NCBI GenBank assembly: GCA_012295275.1
Contig: CM022678.1
Coordinates: 8,742,001-8,806,000, forward strand
Direction: 5' to 3'
DNA: 64,000 nt
Source of the DNA: Chrysomallon squamiferum
Lineage: Eukaryota > Animalia > Mollusca
A program made the position numbers and the translations under genes. The notes below the pieces were generated by a model. That model was not told the DNA's origin and made no database searches. It saw nothing but the letters and a program-made list of their open reading frames with translations. Shown here in pieces: positions 13,749 through 28,100 of this stretch. Every line of letters starts with the position of its first letter. The first letter of the stretch is position 1.

Positions 13749-14919
13749 GTCACTGAATCCTTTAACTACAGATGTAATCTAGAGACTCAAAGTAACATTT
13801 TCTCTCTGAAACAGATTTCTTAAACTGTTTTATGAACTCTGCAGTTCCACACTTTGGAATGATGATTGTGCTGTGCTTGATTATATGGTTATTTAAAAAA
13901 AATCTTATATCCAATTCTGGGGTGCTTAACATTTTATTTTTAGTTTGGGGTGTGTATTGTCACTTTGCTGTGTTCTTCTCAGTTTTTTGGTCTGTCTACT
14001 CATGTTTATTTCTATTCATTTTCATTCTTAAAGTATTTCATAATATATTAACATATTTAGGACTATAGGAAGTTCTTAAATTTTTTCATTTTCGGAATAA
14101 GTCAGTATGAACACTTGTAATACTTTATATCAGGTGACAAGTCTGTTATATCTGTTAAATAAATATTGTACAATTCTTCTCTGTTGTGTCTGCTTCTAGA
14201 AACATTCTTTGAGAATTTGTAGACTTCAGCATTCAGTGATCTGCTACATTCTCCATTCCAAATCTTGATCACTTCATCATTTCATGTTAAACTACAGACA
14301 CATTTCATCTGTGCTGTGTTTGAAACTGTCATCTTAGCAGTTTTTCTCTAAACTGTATCTATCAAAGCAACAAGTGAAAGGAGTGACTGTCTTGTCTCAG
14401 ATGATAATTTCACAAATAGCTGAGTTTGACACAGAAGTAACATTTACAAAAGTATTATTATATTAATTAAGTAAAGCTAATACCAGTTTTCTCAATACAG
14501 TTTCAGATCCATGTCAGTTTTACTCTCATCTCAGCTGCAGGCACCAATGTGGACAAACAGGACTCTACAGTTGTAACTTTGGATACAAACTAGCAACAGG
14601 TACAACTCATGTGTTGTCAGTACAGAATATTGCTTTATACATTTAACTAGAAAAAAGTCCTTGGTTTATTAACATTTACTAATCTTTTCTGTTGTACCTT
14701 TACTTTCAGTCTTTTTTTCTCTTTCTTATTTTATTTTTAGTTTCTTTTTATCTGTTAAATGCATGCAGACATGTACATTTATGTATTAAAACATGAGTCT
14801 TTAACTGTATTAAATGTAAATGCTGAAAAGAAAATGAAAATTTGAACAATATTATACTAAGGCATTTGAAATAAGTTTTTTTCTTTATTATTATTATTCT
14901 GATGGTTATTATTATTATG

Positions 14920-14967
<48 letters not shown>

Positions 14968-15589
14968 GTAGATATAAATGAGTGTACATCAACTGATGTC
15001 AGTATTACTAAGTATACTGATACTTGTACTAACAGAATCAGTGGATTCACTTGTTCCTGTCTGGCTGGGAAGAAACTTGAAAATGATCAGACAACATGTG
15101 TTAGTAAGCAGAATTTCTCATTACAAAATACAATAAGGTAAAAATAATTTTTTAAATATTTTAAAAACATAATTATATTTTGAAATCTGAAGCAACTTAT
15201 TCTGTAAAATTAGAAATTTTCATGATATTTAGATTATACTTTTAATATAATTTTATAAATAATGTTTTATAATAAATACTGACACCAAAATTTAATTTTA
15301 ATTTAATTTATTTATTTTCAAATTGGATTTTATTTTTCCCTCTCAGACCATTGTCAGTGTAAAGCTGGCTGGGTGGTGTGTGATGTGAAAACAACAGAGA
15401 TGAATGTAGTGTTTCAACAGTTTCATGTCAAGCAAACAGCAACTGCAAAAACCTGCCAGTCTCCTATCATTTGAGTGTAACACAGGATATCACAACTTGT
15501 CAGATGAATGTGTAGGTGAGTAGGATATACTTAATAAATAGTTAATTACTCAATATTAAAAATTTGGTAACAAGTTGAAATTATAATGT

Positions 15590-15960
15590 TTTATTTAATA
15601 AAGTGTTATATGTTAGAAATAATTTCTTATTATTTATGAAATAGTTATATGTTACAAATGTTTTCTTATTATTTTTGAAAGAGTTGTATGTTAGAAATGA
15701 TTTCTTATTATTTATGAAATAGTTATGTTACAAATGATTTCTTATTATTTATGAAATAGTTATATGTTACAAATGATTTCTTATTATTTATAAATAGTTA
15801 TATGTTACAAATGATTTCTTATTATTTATGAAATAGTTAAATGTTACAAATGATTTCTTATTATTTAATAAACAGTTATATGTTACAAATGATTCCTTAT
15901 TATTTAATAAACAGTTATATGTTAGAAATGATTCATTATTATTTACTAAATAGTTAAATG
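15590..15960. repeat. 39-bp intronic minisatellite; related, shorter arrays at ~5100-5290 and ~30960-31200
   Basis: Unit ttattatttatgaaatagttatatgttacaaatgatttc. Confidence 0.85.
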
Positions 15961-16161
15961 ATAAAAATGATTGATGAATTTTGTACATATTTTTGTGATT
16001 TTAATTACCAAAGAAAACAGAATGGATGTTTTAAACTGAAAAATTACATAGAAATGAGTTAATTAATATCTCAGTCACAAAATTAACTTTTCTGTATTAA
16101 AATATAACAAATAAATAAATATAATAATAAAAATATCATTTTCTACTTGATATATTTTCAG

Positions 16162-16293
16162 AAATTAAATCGGCTTGTTAAGGATAAAAATATTCAAGAA
16201 ATTGTTGATAAAATACAAACTCAAATTGACATTTTGGAACAAAGAGCAGCTCAAGTCTCCAGTAGAGTTGAAGTATTTGGTGATGTCCAGCAG
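16162..16293 (+). pseudogene. Isolated MRVI1/IRAG/LRMP-family coiled-coil exon
   Basis: KLNRLVKDKNIQEIVDKIQTQIDILEQRAAQVSSRVEVFGDVQQ resembles the LRMP/IRAG core QEIIKKLEKSIKFLSQCAARVASRAEMLGAINQE. The exon is 132 nt and ag/gt bounded. Confidence 0.7.
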
Positions 16294-17859
16294 GTATTTA
16301 AATACATTAGTCATTGTAAACCTTTCCATTTTATTTCAGTTTTAAATATTTCCTCAGTCTTTCACAAAATTCTATGCAAAATATTTTCTATTATCCTGAA
16401 TTAAGCGTCATACATGAAAATATATTTGTGTTTTTGTAAACTGAAAATTAATAGAATCAGTGTAAACCTTGTAATAATTTGCATGCCAGCCTAACAGAGT
16501 AGTGAACAGAACATTTGTATAAATTTGTAATTTTCTGTTATAGATATCTCACTCTAAACTGAAACACAAACATTTATTACTTCATTTGGTAGAGCTAAAG
16601 ATATTTACAGTATTTTCAAATTTGGTATAATGGAATGGATGGAATTTTGGTGGATTTGAGAGGTTGTACAGATGCATAAATTGGCTTGAAAGATTTATCT
16701 TCTTTTCTTATTTTATCACATGCATGTGTAATGTTGTTTTGTTTTAAATACATTTTAAAATATTCCTTACTGATCATTATTGTAACTATTATCTAGGATA
16801 ATTGTGGTTTATTTATAAGACAAAATGTATTTCATTAATGGCAAAAAAATAAATTACATTAAAGTGGCAGGAAAAGAATATTACAATTAAATGTTTTAAT
16901 TAATCAAATAATTTGTTATTAATGATGTAACTATATAATTGTTATGGTTAATTAAAGATTCTCAGAATATTCTCAAATGTATTTTCATCATGTTAGTATA
17001 TTAGTATTTCAAGTAGAATCTGTATTAGAAAATCATTTTCTTACTGTCTATTGTAATACTTATATAGGTTTAAAATGTTTATTTACTTCATATTCCTGGC
17101 AGTCATCTTAATCTGGACTAAAGCATAGTGTAAATATCAAATCTTACATAATTATTCAAATATATTAAAAAATATTTTTCATAAGCTCTTTTGCTGATGT
17201 ATTGCTGTTTTAATCCTTTTATATCAAAGTTAAAAAATAATATTAAACTGATTGAAATTAAGAATTTAAATATATTTAATAAATTATTTTTATTATTAAT
17301 ATTGTATGGGAAAAATAAAACTCTTCTTGCTAAGACAGTGAAATGCAGTTAGAGCTGACAACAAAAATTCCACTTGCACTTTATTTTATGTTTAGTTTAT
17401 TAATGAATATTATATTTTGTTGTAGGATCCTAGACAACAGAATCAAGCTGCCTCAGCCAGCACTTCAGTTGAAAATGCTGTAAGACACATTTTCAGAAAA
17501 GATTAACTAGAGCACCAGAATGCTATTACTTCACAGTCTTCCCTGTCCAGAGAAAGCACAACACTTTCAAGAGGAAATCTGTAAGATCATAAAATCAATC
17601 TAATTTGAATTTCGAAACCTCAGTGATCTCCAAGAGACTGCATTGTCAATATTATCAGAACATCCAGTGTACACATTGTACTTCATAGCAGCTTGCACTG
17701 TTTTTATCATTGATGTGTGTGCATGGTTATTCTAAGTTTTATCGCTGAAAAAGGAATAGAGATTCATCACTGATATGGAATGCCATTTTTCTAAATAACC
17801 TAAAGTTAATGTGATAGTGCATAGAGGTGTTACATTTTTTAATCATCAGATTTTGGTAT

Positions 17860-18570
17860 TATTTAAATTGGGGAAAATGAAGGGTTTGCTGGGATACTCA
17901 ATGTAAATATAGGTAATTAGGGTAATTAGAATATTTTATTAAAAAGATTTTTTTTTAAATTAAAAAAACAAAACAACATTTATTTTATCTTTCTTTGTCA
18001 TATTATTTAAATCGGGGAAAATTCAAGAGTTTAATATATTTAGAATTATGTAATTAGGGGTAATTAGAATTTTTTATAAAAAAACAAAAACAAAACAACA
18101 ACACTTTTATTATTATTATTATTATTATTTAAATGAGGGGAAAGTCTAGGGTTTGCTGGGGGTAATCAATGTAAATATAATTGAAGATTATGTAATTAGG
18201 GGTAATTAGAATTTTGTATATTTGCATCAGGGGAAAATCGAGGGTTTGCTGGGGTAATCATTGTATAAATATATTTAAAATTATGTAATTAGAGGTAATT
18301 ACAATTTTTTAAATAAAAAACCAACAAAACAACAACAACATTATTTTTTTAATTTATTATTTAAATCAGGAGAAAATCAAAGGTTTGCTGGGGGTAATCA
18401 ATTTAAATATAATTGAAGATTAGGGTAATTAGAACTTTTTTATATAAAACAAAACAAAAACAGCAGTTTTTTTACTGATCATATTTAAATCAGGGTAAAT
18501 CAAGGGTTGTTGGAGTAATCATTGTATAAATATATTTAAGATTATATAATTAGGGATAATTAAAATTTAT
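17860..18570. repeat. Degenerate tandem repeat of roughly 100-140 bp, about 6 copies
   Basis: Recurrent aaatcaggggaaaatcaagggtttgctgggggtaatc...atgtaattaggggtaattagaat. Confidence 0.8.
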
Positions 18571-19184
18571 TTATAACAACAAAAAAAAACATTTTTTTGG
18601 ACATAAAGTCATTTATGATAGACATTTGAAGATATACATGAAAATACTATGTCTGATTGTAAATATCTGTGTTTCCCATTTTATCATCCTTACTGTATGA
18701 AAAATTATTCTGTTTGTATTTTATTTTTAGATATGAAAAGTAAAGTATTTCAGTCATTTGTTCTTTCTCTTTTTTCTTTTTTTCTTTTGAATGGAACTTA
18801 ATGATACATTTTTTGTTATATTTTTTATTCCAGTAAAAATGAGAATTTTTAAAATATTTTTAAAATAATAACAATTATATAAAAAATGTTTACTATGTAA
18901 CTATTTGTTAAATTTCAGTCACATTTTAATTCCTAATTGTTCAAATCACAGAGAAAAGTTGAAGAAACATACCTTAATTATTCTCTTTTATTTCTATTTT
19001 GTGATTTAATATATTTTTTTAAATTTCAAAGTTAATATAAATATTTTTTTTTCCATTGGAAATCTGTTTCAATTTTCTGTTTTGGAACTAATCTGGAAAA
19101 CTTGGAATTCTAAGAAAAGTTTTAGTAATTCATAAAAATAGTTGCAGGTCAGGGCAATTTCCTGTATATCAAAAAAAAAAAAAC

Positions 19185-19231
<47 letters not shown>

Positions 19232-20171
19232 CATCAGTGCCATACTATTTCTCTGCTAAGACTTGATAGGCCCTTAACTGTAACATTTGTAATAAAAAAT
19301 ATTCCAATTTTATGTTATTTTAATCTTTATAAATCTGCAATATGTCTAATATAACATTTGTAATTAAAAAAATATTCCAATCTTATATTATTTTAATCTT
19401 TATAGCTCTGAAATAAGTCTAAAAAAAAACAATTTTGATTTTGACATTTGTAATAATTAAAAAAATTCCAGTTGTTTTAATCTTTATAAGTGTGCAGTCT
19501 AAAATGGCATTACCCAACAGTCCTAAAATGGTTTTTATAGAAGTGTCCTGGTTTTTAGAAATATTTTGTTTATATTTTAATTATTTATCAATGTTAACAG
19601 ATGCAAGTTGAAATAAAGTGTTCTTGGAACATACCTACATGTTTATATTGATTCCATTTACACAACTTTATATGTATATTACAAGATATATTATTATTCA
19701 ATATTTGTCTTTTGTTGTATTAAAAGTGAGAAACAAATAATAATTCTTGTTCATTCTAAAATGTAATACAAATTCTTTGATACATTATGGATTAAAGTTC
19801 CACAGAGGCCCTTCCTGGAATGATAACAAATATATTGTATCTCTCATGTAACCAAAACTTTATTTTTTCTTTTCTTTTCTTTTCTTTTTTATTTTTTTGT
19901 GTGGTGGCTCTTACAAAGTTCTGTGTAATGTATTTATATTAAATTTAAAAAAAATACATTTATGTTTACATATTAAAGAAGGAAAAAAATTCACAATTTC
20001 TGAATGTTTCATTCCTTATACTAGCAAATGTTAATTCATTTTGTTGTTAAATAACAAAGTCATGAATTAAAAGTATCTAAGTGTTTGTGGTCATGTGTGT
20101 GTATATGCGTGTGAATGTGCACCTCTTTACTTGGTAGTTTGAAACTCATTTTAATGAATAGAAAAAGACAA

Positions 20172-20203
<32 letters not shown>

Positions 20204-20243
20204 GTCATTATTATTATTACTACTATTGCAATTATTATTACTA

Positions 20244-20332
<89 letters not shown>

Positions 20333-20665
20333 GTAATGACAGTCTTTGACTAGGAGTAGTGAGTATAAATAAAAAAAATACAGAAAAAAGGTTTCCAGAT
20401 TAAAAGCCTTTTATTTATTAAGATTATTAAAGGCTTGAGGTAATGTTATATTGATAACTAGAGGTAGAATGGTAACCTTTGACTTAGTAGTTTAAGTTGG
20501 TGTATAGAGAGACATGCAGTGTTAGTTTACACTGAAACACTGATTAGTTTGTAGAGATCATCTGAGAATAAAAGTCATTAATGTAATATTTTATTATGTG
20601 TCTCTATTCATTTATCCTTTCATTCATCTATCTTTTTACACATCCAGTGTCTTTGTGAGTGTTTA

Positions 20666-20704
<39 letters not shown>

Positions 20705-21719
20705 TAATCAGAAAGAAGAGATACATAGAGTGTGTGAGTCTTTTTGTATGAGTGTGTGTGTGTGTGTGTGTGTTTGTGTGAAATTTATATTTATATAAAA
20801 GGTTACCACTGGTTTCAGACTTAAGATAACAAACTTACATTGTAGCTGTAAAGCAGTATGCAAGTAATTCAAAAATTGAGTGTAAAAGACAGGAATTTAA
20901 AGAGACATGGAAAGAGATGGTATGTTAATCAGAAAGAACAGATACATAGAGTGTCTGTGATACTCTCAGTGTGAATGATATATGTCAACTACAGTGTGTG
21001 TGTGTGTGTGTGTGTTTCTGTGTTGCATGTTTTGTGTATATACAAGTTATTGTTAGTGAGTATATGTCTGTCTATATGAATATGTGACTAGATTAAAATT
21101 TGACTGTTTATGTGTTTGTATATTTGTCTGCATATGAGCACAGGCAAATGGATGTGTATTACAGTAATAGTAAATATGAGATTATTTTTGTACTTTGTGT
21201 CTGTATGTATGAAAGTGGGGTATATGTTGTACATGTATTTGTTTATGTGTGTATGTACATGTATTTATGTTAGACTGTTTACGTCTGTAGCCTACCCATT
21301 ATATGTGAGTGTGTGTGTGAGTTTGTGTGTGTGTAATAGTTTGTATATATATATATATATATACATACATATATGTATATGTGTATTTGTGTGTTGTTTC
21401 TGTGTGTATGTATGAATGTGTATGTATGTATGTGTGTGTATGTATGTGTGTATGTATGTGTGTATGTATGAATCTGTGTATGTATGTATGTATGTGTGTA
21501 TGGAACACTGGGTGGAGTTGTTGATTATCAACCTGCTAAACACTTGTTTATTAAACACTCTTTTATCCTCTTTCCAAGCTAAAAGAACCAACTCCTGGCC
21601 TGTCACTATCATTTTATTTATTTATTTATTTATTTATTTATTTTTCTTTATTTCTTTGTTTTTATTTATTCATTTTTATTTATTTATTTATTTATATTTA
21701 TTTATTTATTTATTTGTTT

Positions 21720-21766
<47 letters not shown>

Positions 21767-23437
21767 TTTTTTCTTTATTCCTTTATTTGTTTTTATTTAT
21801 ATCTTTATTTTTGTTTATTTCTTTCTTTATTTTTTTAATTTGTTTTTTATATACAAATAAGCAGACTGGACAAGTGCAGGAGTCTGTTTCAATCACAGGG
21901 TGACAACATTTGTGATAAACTGGAAGTTTCAGCTTGATGTGATTGTGAGAAAAAAAAAAAATAGATTCTTTGTGCTTAGATTAATCACTGGATTCATGTA
22001 TACGTGTGGAAGTATGGGACTGAAAGATGGATGGATGATGAATAAGAGATATAAATGGATGAAGTAAAATGGTTAGTCTGGTTAGAGATAGGGAGGGATG
22101 ATATATTCACATAATATCCAAATACAATAACTCATTGGATATTTGGGTATGGGTGTGCGTGTGTGTGTTCACATTAACATTTATATATAATTTGTGAGAG
22201 CTTGTGATTCATTTTTATTTATTTGTTTATCTACAATATCTCTGGCATGTTTTGATAATAATGATAATTTTGATATGGTAGTTATAACAGTAAAGATTCA
22301 AATTAATAAACAAATAATACAATACTTTCAAATATGAATACATTTTTTTAAAATGAACTGTTGTAGTAAAATATCTCAACAGTACCTATCATATTCACAT
22401 TTACTATAGTATCAACTACACTGTATCTGCTACACCCATAGTATACTACTATATCCCATATCAACTGTATTCCATATCTACTAGAGTCATATAAATGATA
22501 TTTCAGAATGTTTGATGCACTTCTTAGTGGTACCTACAGGTGTGATTCCAAGTTATGAACACATACAAGATAAAATTACATCATTTTATTCACCTGTTCA
22601 TAGGCTCTGCATTTTTTGTACATCTACAGGGGGAACTAAAAATAGACATGGATACAATTTTGTGCATGCGTTTTGAAAGAAATATAATCCAAAATGCATG
22701 TTTGTTTTTTCTTTAAAATCCAAAATAAGATTACACCTGTTTATTTATTTATTTAATTTTCTTACACTAAACAGTTTAAACTAGACTTTGATTTTTTCAT
22801 TTTATTTTGTTACAACACATTTCAGAATCAGAAAATTCAAATAATCTTATAGACCTTCTAATTAATATACCTATGAATTTATCCATTTAAGAAATTTACT
22901 TAATATAATTGTAACAGAAGAAATTATGATTATTAAATACTTTATTTGGGTTAATATGTCAAAACAATATAAATAAAAATTATCCTCATAAATAGGAATT
23001 TGTTACTGCAGTTTGATAATGCTGGCTAAAAGATTATAATTGAAAACAAAATAAATTGCAATATTTATTTCAACAAAAATACTTTTTCATATGAAAAATA
23101 TAATTTTAGAAAAACTATTAAAAATTATAAGATTTCTGATTTATCCAGTAAAACTATATTAATAAAATATAGACTATGAAATAAAAAAGAATACCAAGAC
23201 ATTTGTTTACAAAAATGTTTTAAATTAATATATAATTTGACAGACAAAGTAACCTGCAAAATACTAATTAAGTAAATTTCTAATTTCTTATTTTATCTTC
23301 AAAACAACAAATACATGCATATGTAGGTTTACATATTTCCTTCCATTTTATGTTTTATTGGGTAAATCTTTACCACAAGTCTTGGTATTTAATTATTATT
23401 TAAGATTTGGATTATATGATTAAGTAAAAAAAAAAAA

Positions 23438-23491
<54 letters not shown>

Positions 23492-23739
23492 TTAAAAACA
23501 CGAAACAAGAAATAAATTTTAAAAAGAAGAAAACAATGTCTTTCTTAAAATAAACATTATTTTATTATTATTATTTTTAATGTAAGTAATCATATTCACT
23601 TTCTTTTCAAATTTATATCATAAAACTTAATGTCATATTTTTCACCACTGTTTGAAATACACTTTGAAATAAACATCATTTTCCCTATCATGTATTGTCT
23701 GAATGTTTTTATTTTTTTCACTCATTAGTATCATTTGAA

Positions 23740-24016
23740 ATATTTGTTCTTGTTTAAGACTGCTGCAGACTTGACTGTACTTGGTGCTGTGTCTGGTCAA
23801 ACATTTTTCTCACTGCTGTGACTGACTGAAAAAAAGAGGCAGAACTGAATCCAGTATCTGTTTCATGATTTCTGAATCAGTCTGGCATCAACTATCAAAA
23901 CTTTGATAGCCAAAACTCAAATCTTCATCAAACTTGGCCACGGATTTTCATTTCTGCTTTCACATTTCTGTGAACTGAACTCCATCAAACCATCCTATAA
24001 ATAATAATAATAATAA

Positions 24017-24047
<31 letters not shown>

Positions 24048-24092
24048 AAGAAGAAGAAGAAGAAGAAGAAGAAGAAGAAGAAGAAGAAGAAG

Positions 24093-24127
<35 letters not shown>

Positions 24128-27100
24128 CTAATAATTATGATATTAACACTAATACTAATACTAATATTAATACTAAAAATTGTTATTACAATAAAGTAAC
24201 ACTCTCTATATATATTTATATATATTAGGGCTACTTAATTTACTGCTTCAAAACTTACTTATCAATATTTTGCATCAAGTAATTGAAATATAAAGTAGCA
24301 TCATGTTCCACTATTGTTCCCTGAAATAGTTGTCCTATTTTTATAATATTTTATTTTAAAACTATTTAAAAATCTGTATTTCCAAAATACAACATTCATA
24401 AATATTGTGTCACCAGATGAATTGCTGCTATCATTTTACTGTTACTGTCTTTGTCAATAGAATAACATTAAAACCATTTTTCTCAAGAATCCAAATCAAA
24501 TACAACAAGGTGTAACAAAAAGGGCAGTACCTGATGTAAATGAAGATTTTATAACATAGCTGGGATCCTTCCTCCAGTTTGTTCAGATTGTAGTCAGCCA
24601 ATGTTTCACCAGAAATCTTCACAGTCAGGTAGACTTGTAGTGTCTCACACCAGAGAACTGTGTGAAATTACAAAAATATGTGATATACTGAAATTTAAAA
24701 AACAATCACATTTAGCCATCATCACAGAAGTCATAAAACAAATGTTTATAATAATAACAATAACAAAATAAAAATAACAATAATGATGATTAAGAACAGA
24801 TAAATAAATTATATTAATAATAATAATGATGACAGTAAGAAGAAAAACAATAAAATGAAATCATAAATAAATAAATAATCCATTTAACGAAGGACCCTGT
24901 CTAATAATAAAGATTCTTTCATGATTTTATCTTTTCATTCTTCGTTATTTTCCCCAATCCTTGACAATTTTAGGCTACTTAATTATTGCATAAACATATT
25001 AAATTCCTTACAAATGTTACAGAGAAATAAAACTTTTGCTACATACCAGAGGAAAGTGGTTTCAGCTGTTTTTCAGATAATCCTCACAGGTTCTTGATAA
25101 AACAAAATTGGCATCTATGAAAAAAAATAAAACATCATAAAAAGAAAATTGTATCTGATCATTCTTTGAAGGTAAATTTTCTATCAAACAAAATTTATAA
25201 TTAAAATAAACCATATATCTGTGATACTCAAGGACTCATTCTTATAAACTAAATAAAAAAACAGAAACAACTAACCTCTGAATCCAGTGAAAATGCAGGT
25301 GACATCACATCACCAATAGCAGATCAAAATGCGGAAGAAGGATTTCAACTTTCAGCAACAAGCAGTCACAGTTTCTGAAATACTGAACATAGAAAAAACT
25401 GAGTTGTATAAGCATATAACAAAATACATGCATAAAAATACAATAAATGGTTATAGTTAAAAACTTTTATCTAATTATACATTTCTCTACATTAAATATT
25501 TAAATAAAACTTTTAACAATAAAATAATATATCAAATTTCCTGAATATAAGACAATTATCTCTCTATTATTTGAAATTTTAGAGATTTGTTCATTTACAC
25601 ACACAGCAATGTCAGACTCAGTCTGCTAATACAAAGACTCCTGGAAGAAGTTTATTCAATAAAATACTATCAAAAATATGTTTTGTTGTTGTGTTTGTAT
25701 AATGTCCAAGTCTGTCCTCATTAAGAACAATCTGTTACCACTACTGTCTTCTGATCAAAGTGTTTTCTGAATTCTGTTTCTTAGGATTAATGTAAACATC
25801 AAGGTTAATGTAAAATGGCATATGTCCTTTACCATCACCCTCACCGTGACCTTCACCTACATAATTTTCAGTTATCCTTGTGTTAGTGAAGTATCAGACA
25901 CTGAAATCACACTTACTTGTTCATCTGGTGTTGAGATTCAGAGAAACAGTGGCTTCCAGTTATCTCCCCTTGACTGGAAATACATCAGCTGTGATGGGTG
26001 ATGTTTGAGGAGGTTTCCTAGGCTTTGTTGGAGATGTTGTCCTCTTTCTGGGAGTCTCGTCTCTTTCCTCTGCTTTTCAATGATTTAAGTGTTTTTCTTT
26101 GGCTGGTTTTAGCTCAGCTGACATTAAAGGTTCAAGTTTTTCTCCATGATCACTGACATTCGACTGTTGAGATTGGTCACCTGGTGTGACACTCTTCAAC
26201 TTCTTGCTGTCAGAATCGTTGTAGTTCAACATGGTCGGCTGCAGTGTCTGTGGGGCTCAAGGTCACCAACATTGAGCTGATCATCAGCAAAACTTTGACT
26301 CGACATTAACCAAGAAAGTGGACAACTCACTGGTCTGATTCTGATTGGTGGGTGCAGCCTCATCTGAGCAGATAAATAAATAAATAAACAAATCAATCAA
26401 TCAATAAAATACTTAATCTGATATGTAGATGGTAAAAAGTGTAGTGTGTGTTTACAAGATACTAATGTAATTTGTGTGTATGTGCATGTCTACCTACTGA
26501 TATATTATTAACAAACTGCAACTTCCTGCATTAAATTAAATTAAACTTAATTATGTTTAGAACAATGAGAAATATTTAAATAAAAACAACTTAAATTAAA
26601 AACAATGCAGCAGTTCAAACTTTATTGAAGCAGACTATAATTGTGTCCTCAGTGACTGATAGAAGTTCACTGGATGTGTTAAAAGTTGTAATTTGTCTGA
26701 AAGTTTTAAAATTGCTTGTTCAAAATGTTAAATTTAAAATATGATAAATTATACAAAACATGCACACCAAATATCATTTTCCTTCTCCCTCTCTCCCTGA
26801 ATCTCCATTCCTTAATCCTCAGTCTTTTTCTCATACATTCATACATTTGCATGTTTATCTGCAATCATCATAATCCTTCCACCTTCTTTTCAGCTATCAT
26901 TTAATAATCAAAGTAGAAAAATGAATACTTTAACTATACCTCAGCTTTAACTGAAATATAATTTACCAAAATATAAAAGGAAGAAAAGTAAATCAACTTT
27001 GACAGAGTCAAACTAACTCAGTTTAAAAAAAAAAAAAAAAAAAATTCAAATTTTAATATTTAACAAGATAAAAAATATAAATAAATAAATAAACAAAAAC

Positions 27101-27784
27101 AACAGCAAACCTGATGGCTAGGACAGCACATTCTACTGAAACAACTTCACTGGCATATGCCAACATCAGCACATTCTAAAAGAAAAAGTAAATAAAATAA
27201 TAATAATAATAAAATAATAATAAAAATAATAACTAAGCAGTTATAAATAAATAACTAATACTTCTGTTATTATCAAAATTTAAATGTAACTTTATTATTC
27301 AGACAAATTGGGCTGTGTGATATCTTCAGTATACTTTGTTATTAATAAATAATGTAACATAATTATTATAATATTAAACTGATTACAAAACAATAGCAAA
27401 TAAGTGATTTTTATTACACTATTTTATAATCAATAAAGAGTTGCTACAAATCTTATTTTACTCTCTAAAACACAAACATAAAATATATTATACTCACAAC
27501 TCAGAATGGTGCAGTTTGCATAAGAATGGTTTCTGTAACTGGTGATTCATCCTTCTCCATGATGTAAATTCCATTTCTTGACAGATCTGAATAATAATAC
27601 AGTCACCTACGAAAAATAGCAATGTCAATAGTAAATATAATGTTTAATTTTTGAAAGTACATGATTTTTTTTGTTATCAATCTACATTTGTCTGATAAAT
27701 GCATTTTTCTCTGCCTTATTATCGTTTGTGAATGTTATAATAAATTGATTTACATATGAAATTGCCAACACACACACACACACA

Positions 27785-27861
<77 letters not shown>

Positions 27862-28100
27862 AATACGATTATAGTTTATACGGTGAACACCTCTCTTTCT
27901 GCTTCTTTCACACATACACTGATACAGTGATACACATTACACATTACATCATGATCATGTTTACCTCGTTCCATGGCTGAAAATGTGCGCATAATCCGCA
28001 TTCGATTCACGCTTGGAATCACACAAACATAAAACATCCCAATCCATTTGGATTCTCGTGAAATATTTCCAAAATTCTATTAAATTGAATAATCAACAAA
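23740..28100 (-). pseudogene. Chimeric pseudogene: CAMSAP N-terminal exons joined to unrelated, possibly Tudor/CS-domain, exons
   Basis: Exon 1 ends at 27965 (ATG GAA CGA G|gt). CAMSAP exons at 27498-27606 and 27111-27175 (VLMLAYASEVVSVE). Then exons 25917-26363, 25276-25374 (SAIGDVMSPAFSLDSE), ~25047-25114, 24531-24657 (VLWCETLQVYLTVKISG) and a terminal exon near 23995. Many stops. Confidence 0.65.

Larger units (their letters stand above)
9700..14430 (-). pseudogene. STAND (nSTAND3-like) P-loop NTPase pseudogene
   Basis: Motifs occur in the expected order across frameshifted ORFs: VETTVY (~12065), Walker A FLTGQP[G]MG[K] (~11845-11870), Walker B CVVLIDDIFGKTN (~11570-11600), CIISLRKQIF, VLDL...EKKEIL, GFPQVC (~11260), YTFIHQLVFDF (~10960). 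Outer limits are approximate. Confidence 0.8.
14507..17600 (+). pseudogene. Chimeric pseudogene, copy B: EGF exons joined to an IRAG/LRMP-like exon and a terminal exon
   Basis: EGF-like exons at 14507-~14615 (DPCQ...CRHQC...SCNFGYKL), 14972-15103 (DINECTS...TCTNRISGFTCSCLAGKKLENDQTTCV) and 15347-15515. These are followed by exon 16162-16293 and an exon starting at 17426. Confidence 0.75.

Noticed and set aside
19629-19637. Extra TIR copies (ACATACCTA here, TAGGTATGT near 29568, and its mirror near 6720)
   Set aside because: These are 9-bp matches with no subterminal similarity, as expected by chance in AT-rich DNA.
19142-21838. Numerous ORFs with poly-L/I, CV, YI and HT runs (similar ones at 35-38 kb and 57.6 kb)
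   Set aside because: They are translations of (TTA)n, (TG)n, (AG)n, (TATG)n and (TTTA)n microsatellites.
24531-24657. Kinase subdomain V reading of VYLTVKISGETLADY
   Set aside because: No HxD or DFG exons nearby. A CS-domain reading is at least as plausible.
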